A stretch of DNA of 32,443 bases, from positions 1 through 32,443 of the forward strand of contig CAMATE010000003.1 in NCBI GenBank assembly GCA_945861075.1. The letters are read 5' to 3'. This stretch comes from Akkermansia muciniphila. Lineage in GTDB: Bacteria > Verrucomicrobiota > Verrucomicrobiia > Limisphaerales > UBA9464. Shown here piece by piece: positions 25,787 through 32,443 of the stretch (position 1 is its first letter; each line of letters starts with the position of its first letter). Below the pieces are notes generated by a model. It was not told the DNA's origin. It saw nothing but the letters and a program-made list of their open reading frames with translations, and did not search any database. Made by a program: the position numbers and the translations under genes.

Positions 25787-26245
25787 TCACGCCCGGGCCG
25801 CTCGTAGAGCCGATGCCGGCGCGACTTCCAATTGCGCGGCAAAATCGGTGGGGAAGGGTTGCGACTTGAGCACTCCACCCGGGCCCCGGGCCACACAAAC
25901 CACCGTCACATGGCCCACGGCCACTTCCTCAGCAGGTCCCGGCTCGATGCGCCAAAACCGAATTTGATAAGTCACCGTCTTCTCACGCTTCTCCTTCACC
26001 AACAGGTGCATTTCGACCAAATCCTCAAAACGCAACGGTTTGAGGTAATCACAATCGGCATGGACCCGCGGTAATCCCAACGGCTCGGCGGTACCCCTCA
26101 AGATCACCGACTGACCAAAGGACCGATAAAAAGCACCTTCCACCGTCTCCATGTACCGGAAGAAGTTGGAAAAATGGACAATGCCGGCCAGGTCGGTTTC
26201 ATTGAACTCAACACGTCGGGTCGCTCGGAATTCGTAGAACGGCAT
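25787..26245 (-). CDS. Acyl-CoA thioesterase (4HBT/YbgC hot-dog family)
   Basis: RRVEFNETDLAGIVHFSNFFRYME and CDYLKPLRFED. Confidence 0.9.
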   Translation of the reverse strand: MPFYEFRATRRVEFNETDLAGIVHFSNFFRYMETVEGAFYRSFGQSVILRGTAEPLGLPRVHADCDYLKPLRFEDLVEMHLLVKEKREKTVTYQIRFWRIEPGPAEEVAVGHVTVVCVARGPGGVLKSQPFPTDFAAQLEVAPASALRAARA

Positions 26246-26278
26246 GGGGAAATCAGGGGGTTTGCATGAATGCGCAAA

Positions 26279-27616
26279 TCATTCGGGTCCGGTCGAATGC
26301 GGCGTTCGGGAACCGGCGATGAGAAAACGGGTTTGATCCAGAACCTCCCGGGCCATGGCGGCATCACTGAACCGTTCGGCCACCGCCTGTCGACCGCAGT
26401 CGCCCAACCGCCGCAGCTCCACTGGATCCGCGAACAACTCGCCAAGGGTGGCCGCCAGGGCCGATGACGTGTTCGACGAGCACAGGCGTCCACCGCCCGT
26501 CGCCTCGATGATCTCGCGAAAACCACAAACATCGGGCTGGACCACCGGTGTTCCGGCAGCCAGTGCTTCGACGACAAACAAACCGAAGGCCTCGCTGAAG
26601 CGGGACGGCACTGAAAGCACATCCACCGAGGCCAGGAAGGCTACCTTCTCATCTCGGGAGAGATTGGGATGAAACGAAGCCGCATCCGACAATCCCGCCT
26701 CAACCAACCGACGACGCAACGAGTCCACAAAGGGCTGATCGCTGGGCCCGCAGCCCCCACCCACCTTGAGTCGCAAGTGGGAGAATCGCTCCTGGCGCCG
26801 CAGTTCAATGAAGGCGTCCACCACGGTATCCAACCCCTTGTCGGGGCACATGCGGGCGAAGAATCCCAGCGTGGGCACGGAACCGCGGAAACCCTGCCCT
26901 GATCGGCTGGGGAGATCCCGGTAGCCGTCGAGGGAAATCCCGCTCTGGGCCACGCGGACCCGGTCGGGCGACAAACCCAGCCGGAGGATCATGCGATCGG
27001 CGAAGTAGCGGGTCGGAGCGATCCACCCGTCGAGTTCCCGACCCCGCTCGGCCATCAGTCGCCAGGATTCACTACGAAACGGTTCGGGCAGGGAATCGAG
27101 GAAGGATTCCTCGCTTTGGAGAAAACTAATCACCTTCGTTCCCAACCCAGAACGCAACCGGCGGGCAAACCCCAGCAACAGCGCATTGGAAAGATAGACG
27201 GCATCGGGTCGGGGTAACCGGGACATCCAGGCGATCATGTCCTCCAGTTCGCGAGTCTGGCAGCCCTCCTCACCCCGCAGCATGGAAACCGTGAGTTCAC
27301 CCACATCCTGGGGCCGGGTCTTAGCGGTCTTGCCCGCGGCCCATTTCAGCAACCAGGGCGCATCCACGGCCTGACGCAGCCAAGCCGGGGCGCTCCGGTA
27401 CCAGGGCAACTTCTGGGAAAGGAAGACATTGATCCCACCGAAGAAGGTGGGCGTGGTGCCCACGGTGGGAGCCTCGTCCAGCGTCATCGGCAAGTACAAG
27501 GGCACCATCACCGTGTCATGGCCTTGTCGACGCAGCTCCGCCACCAAGGCGTTGTCGCGGAAACAGTTCCCGCAATACATGCCCCCGGCTCCCGGAGTGA
27601 TCTGGATCAGGTTCAC
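26279..27616 (-). CDS. Glycosyltransferase family 4 with an N-terminal YCGxC motif
   Basis: GTG start, [28 protein letters not shown] and [28 protein letters not shown] (GT4 E-x7-E). Confidence 0.9.
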   Translation of the reverse strand: MNLIQITPGAGGMYCGNCFRDNALVAELRRQGHDTVMVPLYLPMTLDEAPTVGTTPTFFGGINVFLSQKLPWYRSAPAWLRQAVDAPWLLKWAAGKTAKTRPQDVGELTVSMLRGEEGCQTRELEDMIAWMSRLPRPDAVYLSNALLLGFARRLRSGLGTKVISFLQSEESFLDSLPEPFRSESWRLMAERGRELDGWIAPTRYFADRMILRLGLSPDRVRVAQSGISLDGYRDLPSRSGQGFRGSVPTLGFFARMCPDKGLDTVVDAFIELRRQERFSHLRLKVGGGCGPSDQPFVDSLRRRLVEAGLSDAASFHPNLSRDEKVAFLASVDVLSVPSRFSEAFGLFVVEALAAGTPVVQPDVCGFREIIEATGGGRLCSSNTSSALAATLGELFADPVELRRLGDCGRQAVAERFSDAAMAREVLDQTRFLIAGSRTPHSTGPE

Positions 27617-27777
27617 GCTTTCAAGGACTCCTAACCTTCACTCCGGTTCCTGTCGAGGCAGGGAACGGATTTCGAGACAATCGGGGCAAGCCCACCGACG
27701 GAACCCTCTGGAGACACGGACTGCCCCCTCTCCTCCTGCTGACAAGGCAAAGCCGTTCTGCCACGGTCGGAAAACCG

Positions 27778-28617
27778 ATGAACATCAAGAAGGCTCTGAT
27801 CACCGCCGCCGGGCGCAACCAGCGCACGCTGCCGCTGCAAACCCTGGTGGATCAAGACGGCGTCTCCCGCAGCGCCTTGGGAGTGGTGATCGAGGAAGCC
27901 CTCTCGGCCGGCATCGAAGAAATCGCCGTGGTCATTCATCCGGGAGACCAAGCGGCCTACACCGAGGCAGCGGGAATCCACGGTCGCAAGCTCCGCTTCA
28001 TCGAACAGGCCGAACCACGGGGCTACGGCCATGCGGTGGCCTGCGGGCGAACCTTTACCCGAGAGGAACCCTTCCTCCTGATGGTCGGCGATCACGTCTA
28101 TGTCAGCGCCACGACGGTCCGTTGCGCCCGACAACTGGTGGAGACCGCGGCCCATGAGCGCTGCGCCGTTTCCGCAGTGCAAGCCACACACGAGAGCAAA
28201 CTCCCCTACTTCGGCGCGATTGGTGGCCGTCGGGTGAGTGGCCGTGACGCGTTGTATGAGATCACGGAGGTCTTGGAGAAACCGACCCCCACCTTGGCCG
28301 AACAGCGCCTGGTGATCCCAGGATTGCGCGCAGCTCATTATCTCTGCTTCTTCGGAATGCATGTGCTCACCCCTTCGGTCATGGACTTGATCGAACGTCA
28401 GGTGAGCGAGGCGACCGGTTCGGTGACCTTGTCCAGCGCCCTCTCGAACCTGGCACGAAAGGAACGCTATCTGGCGTTTGAAACGGCCGGACGTCGCTAC
28501 GACATGGGCGCCAAGCACGGATTCCTCACCGCCCAACTCGCACTCAGCCTGGCGGGCAACGACCGCGAAGAAGTGCTGTCCGGATTGGTCGAGTTGCTGG
28601 CGCAGCGTTGCCGCTGA
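27778..28617 (+). CDS. Sugar-phosphate nucleotidyltransferase, GalU-like, with a degenerate N-terminal motif
   Basis: [34 protein letters not shown] and RRYDMG. Confidence 0.85.
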   Translation: MNIKKALITAAGRNQRTLPLQTLVDQDGVSRSALGVVIEEALSAGIEEIAVVIHPGDQAAYTEAAGIHGRKLRFIEQAEPRGYGHAVACGRTFTREEPFLLMVGDHVYVSATTVRCARQLVETAAHERCAVSAVQATHESKLPYFGAIGGRRVSGRDALYEITEVLEKPTPTLAEQRLVIPGLRAAHYLCFFGMHVLTPSVMDLIERQVSEATGSVTLSSALSNLARKERYLAFETAGRRYDMGAKHGFLTAQLALSLAGNDREEVLSGLVELLAQRCR

Positions 28618-28652
28618 GCGCAGCCGCGGCACCGTCCGGAAACACGGACTCC

Positions 28653-28690
28653 AAAAAGCACAACGGCGGCCAAGGGTTGGCCGCCGTTGT
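28653..28690 (-). terminator. Rho-independent terminator after tig, possibly also serving the convergent nucleotidyltransferase gene
   Basis: Perfect 14-bp stem ACAACGGCGGCCAA-ggg-TTGGCCGCCGTTGT (28660-28690), followed on the minus strand by GCTTTTT. Confidence 0.85.
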
Positions 28691-28730
28691 CGTTGAAACC
28701 TCAAGTCCCCTCAGGAGGGGCGGGTCCCCA

Positions 28731-30059
28731 TCAAGCCTTGGTCTCGGACGGAGACGGGGTGGCCACTTCTTCGACCTGGGCGTTGAGTTCGACGAAGTCG
28801 AGCACCTTGCCGATGACGATTTCCTGGGCCAATTCCTGGAAGGCGTTCCGCTCTTGCAGCGTCTTGGCCATCTTCTCCGGGGCGACCTTGTTCTGCTCGG
28901 CCAAGGCGATGATCCGCTGGGTCATTTCCTTCTGCTCAGCCTTAATGTTCTCCTTGTCGGCAATACGACCCAGGATGAAGGACGCCTTGACGCGGTCCTT
29001 CGCGCTGGCGGCGGCGCTGGTGAAGATCTCGTCCTTACGCTCCTCGATGATCTCCTTGGCGACACCGCGCTGCTGGTTCTCATTGACGATGTTGTACACC
29101 ACGTTGCGGGTCTCGTTGGCGATCACGCTCTCCGGGAGATCGAAGCTGACGGAGTCCAAAAGGCTCTTGAGCAACTGGTCGCGCAGCGCCTTGCGGCCGC
29201 GGAACTCCAGCTCATTCTTGAGATCCTGACGGATGCCCTCGGTCAGCTTGGCCAAATCCTCAGCACCGAAGCCCTTGGCGAACTCGTCGTTCACAGCAGG
29301 GAGAACCTTCTCCTTCACACCCACAACTTCGAGCTCATAGACCACGTTCTTGCCGGAGAGACCGGCGATGACGAAGTCGGCCGGCAAGGTCAGCGGCACC
29401 GTGCGCTTGTCGCCGGCGCTGGCACCGACCAGCGGGGTGGTGAAGCCCGGAATGAAGGATTCTTCCTTCACTTGGACCCAGAAATTCTGCTTCTCGGTGA
29501 GGCCACGGGCCGTGGGGAACTCATCGGTCAAGGGCTTGCCATCGAGGGTGCCTTTGTAATTCACCACGGCGATGTCGTCAGCCTGAATGGCGCGGGAGAC
29601 GTCGTTGTAGCGGACCTGCTGGTCGCGCAGGATATTGAGCGCGCGTTCCACATCCGCATCGGTGGGTTGAGACACCGGGCGCTGGGCCTTGAGGCCCTTG
29701 TATTCAGGCACCTCGAACTCCGGAGCGTGCTCCATGGTCGCCGTGTAGGAAAACGGCAAACCACGACCAAAGGCCAACTCCTCGACATCGAGGGTGGCCA
29801 GGATGCGCAACTTTTCCTGGGCAGCGGCGGCGGCGTAGGAATCGCTGAAGAGCTTCTTGCGAACCTCGTCGCTGATCTGACCCTCGTACGACTTGACGAT
29901 CAGGTGCTTGGGAGCCTTGCCGGGCCGGAAACCGGGCAACTGGGCCTGCTTCTGAAAGCTGGCGGTCACGGTGTCAAAGGCGGCGTTGACCTGCTCGACG
30001 GGCACCTCGACGCGGAGGAGCTTCTTGCACGGACCCAGATTCTCGACGGAAACGTTCAT
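28731..30059 (-). CDS. tig: Trigger factor
   Basis: MNVSVENLGPCKKLLRVEVP, the ribosome-binding signature LPGFRPGKAP, an FKBP domain (FIPGF...GASAGD) and a C-terminal SurA-like domain. The start is placed at 30059. Confidence 0.97.
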   Translation of the reverse strand: MNVSVENLGPCKKLLRVEVPVEQVNAAFDTVTASFQKQAQLPGFRPGKAPKHLIVKSYEGQISDEVRKKLFSDSYAAAAAQEKLRILATLDVEELAFGRGLPFSYTATMEHAPEFEVPEYKGLKAQRPVSQPTDADVERALNILRDQQVRYNDVSRAIQADDIAVVNYKGTLDGKPLTDEFPTARGLTEKQNFWVQVKEESFIPGFTTPLVGASAGDKRTVPLTLPADFVIAGLSGKNVVYELEVVGVKEKVLPAVNDEFAKGFGAEDLAKLTEGIRQDLKNELEFRGRKALRDQLLKSLLDSVSFDLPESVIANETRNVVYNIVNENQQRGVAKEIIEERKDEIFTSAAASAKDRVKASFILGRIADKENIKAEQKEMTQRIIALAEQNKVAPEKMAKTLQERNAFQELAQEIVIGKVLDFVELNAQVEEVATPSPSETKA

Positions 30060-30121
30060 GTGCTTCTTGCTGCGATAGGATGACGCCAGAACGCACAACT
30101 GCATTCCGGCAAAGAGGCGGG

Positions 30122-30151
30122 ACACTACGAACCGCCGGACAAGCCGGTCAA
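30122..30151 (-). promoter_or_regulatory. Possible sigma70 promoter of tig
   Basis: Minus-strand TTGACC (30151-30146), N18, TAGTGT (30127-30122). Confidence 0.45.
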
Positions 30152-30288
30152 GCGCCCGTTCCGGGACACGGATCGGCCCGGATGATCGGGAAGCCTCCCT
30201 CAGGGAGCGGCACTGAGGCATTCCTCGTGATGCGACAGGGCCCGCATTGACTCAGGAAGATCGGCCTGTTAACGCCTTGGACCGCCCC

Positions 30289-31695
30289 ATGAAATCCAAG
30301 CCATCGATCGGCCTTTCCGGTCTCAACCGTCGCCGCTTCCTCCGCCAAAGCGCCGCTGCCACCGCCGCTGCGTTCGCCTTCCCCTACGTGGGCTCGGTGC
30401 TCGGCGCCAATGACCGGATCCAGATCGGTTGCATTGGCGTCGGTGGCAAGGGTTCCAGCGACACCGACGACGCGGCACGTTGTGGCGGCACCATTGTCGG
30501 CTTGTGCGACGTCGACCGGACCACGCTCGCCCAGAAGGGGCAGAAGTATCCGAAGGCCCAGCAATTCCAGGACTTCCGGAAGATGTTCGACCAGATCGGC
30601 AAATCGATCGACGCGGTGACCATCTCCACGCCCGACCACGTCCACGGCATCGCCGCCGCCACGGCCATGCGCCTGGGCAAGCACATCTACTGTCAGAAGC
30701 CGCTCACCCAGACGGTCCATGAAGCCCGCATCCTGCGGCAGTTGGCCCGCGATGGAAAACTGGCCACCCAAATGGGCAACCAAGGCAGCGCCGGCAGTGG
30801 CCTGCGTCGCGCGGTCGAGGTGATTCAGTCGGGGATCATCGGCAACGTCACCGAACTGCACGTCTGGTCCAACCGCCCGGTGTGGCCGCAAGGTCTGGCC
30901 CGGCCCGAGGGTTCCGACCCGGTGCCCGAGTCGCTCGACTGGGACTTGTGGCTCGGACCGGCGCAACACCGTCCCTTCAAGAAAGGTGTCTACCACGGCT
31001 TCGCCTGGCGCGGCTGGAACGACTTCGGTACGGGTGCCTTGGGCGACATGGCCTGCCACACGGTCAACATGCCCTTCCGCGCACTCAAGCTGGGCTACCC
31101 GACCCGCGTCGTGGCCGAACTCACCTCGCAATCCTTCCCCGAGACCTTCGCCAAGACCTCGCGCATCCGCTTCGAGTTCCCGGAACGCGACGGCCTGCCG
31201 CCGCTGAAGTTCTGGTGGTACGACGGCAATCCGTCGGACAAGGACTTGGCCCCGCTCCGTCCGAGCGCCGATCTCACCCGCGAAATCGTCACCCTAAAGG
31301 GATCGTTGCCGTCCAGCGGGTGTCTACTGGTGGGCGACAAGGGCAAGCTGTTCTCGCCGGACGATTACGGTTCCCAGTTCTTCATCATGGTGGGTAACGA
31401 AAAAATCTTCCTGCCCGGTGATGCTCACGAAGCGGTCAAAGCCGTGCCCCAGAGCATCCCCCGTTCGCCGGGCCACAACGAAGAGTGGTTCCAGATGATG
31501 CGCGACGGCACGCCCGCCTACTCCAACTTCGACATCGCCGCCTACCTCACCGAAATCATCCTGCTGGGCTGCATCGCGGTGCGGGTCGGCGAAGGCAAGG
31601 TCATGGATTGGGACGGCCCGAACATGCGCTCGACCAACTTGCCGGAGGCAGCCCGCTTCGTGAAGCGCGACAGCCGCAAGGGCTGGGATATCTGA
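30289..31695 (+). CDS. Tat-exported Gfo/Idh/MocA family oxidoreductase
   Basis: Twin-arginine NRRRFL, IGCIGVGGKG, STPDHVH, HIYCQKPL, TQMGNQG, WDLWLGPA and GALGDMACH. Confidence 0.93.
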   Translation: MKSKPSIGLSGLNRRRFLRQSAAATAAAFAFPYVGSVLGANDRIQIGCIGVGGKGSSDTDDAARCGGTIVGLCDVDRTTLAQKGQKYPKAQQFQDFRKMFDQIGKSIDAVTISTPDHVHGIAAATAMRLGKHIYCQKPLTQTVHEARILRQLARDGKLATQMGNQGSAGSGLRRAVEVIQSGIIGNVTELHVWSNRPVWPQGLARPEGSDPVPESLDWDLWLGPAQHRPFKKGVYHGFAWRGWNDFGTGALGDMACHTVNMPFRALKLGYPTRVVAELTSQSFPETFAKTSRIRFEFPERDGLPPLKFWWYDGNPSDKDLAPLRPSADLTREIVTLKGSLPSSGCLLVGDKGKLFSPDDYGSQFFIMVGNEKIFLPGDAHEAVKAVPQSIPRSPGHNEEWFQMMRDGTPAYSNFDIAAYLTEIILLGCIAVRVGEGKVMDWDGPNMRSTNLPEAARFVKRDSRKGWDI

Positions 31696-31769
31696 CCCAT
31701 ATCTCGGACCTGGGCCCCGACACCCGGTCTCCAACACTCCGTCTCCAACATCTCGGTCGACACCCTCCG

Positions 31770-32443
31770 ATGAAACCCTGCTCAGGCCCACTGTCCCGAC
31801 GCAGCTTCCTGGAACTGGGAAGCCTCAGCGCGTTGGGCTTGGGCCTGAGTGATTTTCTGCGCCTGCGCTCCCTGGCTGCGTCCGGTGCGCCCTTGGGCAT
31901 TCCGAACTCGCAAGACAAGGCCGTCATCTTCGTGTGGCTGCCGGGCGGGCCCTCGCAGCTCGACACCTACGACATGAAGCCGGATGCGCCTGCGGAATTC
32001 CGCGGCGATTTCCGACCCATCCGGACGAACGTGCCGGGCATCGACATTTGTGAGCTCTTCCCGCGGCAGGCCAAAGTCGCCAACCGCTTCACATTGGTGC
32101 GCTCGGTGTGCCACGACTTCTCCGACCATGGTGGCGCGCACAAGCGCTTCATGACCGGACGCATTCCGGCCACGCCCACTGAATTCGTCAACGACGCGCC
32201 GGCCGTCACCTCCATCGTGAGCCGGGCGTTGGAGAGCCGACAAAAATCCGGTCTTCCGGCCTGCATCGCTGGCGTGGACGACGGACGCAGCCACATCGAC
32301 GTCTTCAGCCTCGGACCCTCCTATCTGGGATCCAGCCACACGCCCTTCATGGTGGTGGGTGACCCGAGCGCGCCGAACTTCAAGGTGCAGAACCTCAGCC
32401 TCACTCCGGACATGGCCACCCGAATGGAGGATCGGTCCCATTT
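31770..32443 (+). CDS. DUF1501 domain protein with a Tat-like signal, 3'-truncated
   Basis: Hand translation gives MKPCSGPLSRRSFLELG...VIFVWLPGGPSQLDTYDMKPDAPAEFRGDFRPIRTNVPGIDICE. The frame is open to the window end and absent from the ORF track. Confidence 0.92.
   Translation, partial: MKPCSGPLSRRSFLELGSLSALGLGLSDFLRLRSLAASGAPLGIPNSQDKAVIFVWLPGGPSQLDTYDMKPDAPAEFRGDFRPIRTNVPGIDICELFPRQAKVANRFTLVRSVCHDFSDHGGAHKRFMTGRIPATPTEFVNDAPAVTSIVSRALESRQKSGLPACIAGVDDGRSHIDVFSLGPSYLGSSHTPFMVVGDPSAPNFKVQNLSLTPDMATRMEDRSH

Noticed and set aside
28608-30083. 491-aa ORF antisense to tig
   Set aside because: It mirrors tig codon bias and shows no independent coding evidence.
30060-30288. tRNA upstream of tig, and N-terminal extensions of tig and the oxidoreductase
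   Set aside because: There is no tRNA structure. The extensions overlap candidate promoter sequence and precede the recognisable protein starts.
31696-31769. Mini CRISPR array
   Set aside because: The repeats are only 7-10 nt, there is no repeat-spacer structure, and there are no cas genes.
31782-32441. 219-aa minus-strand ORF
   Set aside because: It is an antisense shadow of the DUF1501 gene.

Overview
High-GC bacterial chromosomal DNA, most likely Verrucomicrobiota (PVC superphylum). This is inferred from the PVC-type prepilin/H-X9-DG protein, DUF1501, a Tat-signal Gfo/Idh/MocA protein and an 'RFYRV' C-terminal tail. The first 6.8 kb is one uninterrupted minus-strand ORF (ATG at 6844, at least 2281 codons) that runs off the left edge, so the ORF track misses it. 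It encodes a giant secreted adhesin-like protein in which lectin-like, fibrinogen-like and glycine-rich domains are inserted inside Ig/cadherin-like repeats; one fibrinogen-like domain appears circularly permuted. The rest of the window holds a BamB/PQQ-like beta-propeller, a minor pilin-like protein, a GSDH-diheme cytochrome c fusion, livHMGF without a binding protein, a membrane-fused spermidine-synthase-like protein, a NUDIX hydrolase, a TPR protein, an ECF sigma factor coupled to a YfbK-like vWA protein lacking its MIDAS motif, nadE, a DUF192 lipoprotein, a thioesterase, a CxxC-bearing GT4, a degenerate GalU-like protein, trigger factor, a Gfo/Idh/MocA oxidoreductase and a truncated DUF1501 gene. 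I found no tRNA, rRNA, CRISPR array or mobile element. All domain calls come from motif recognition by eye, not database searches.
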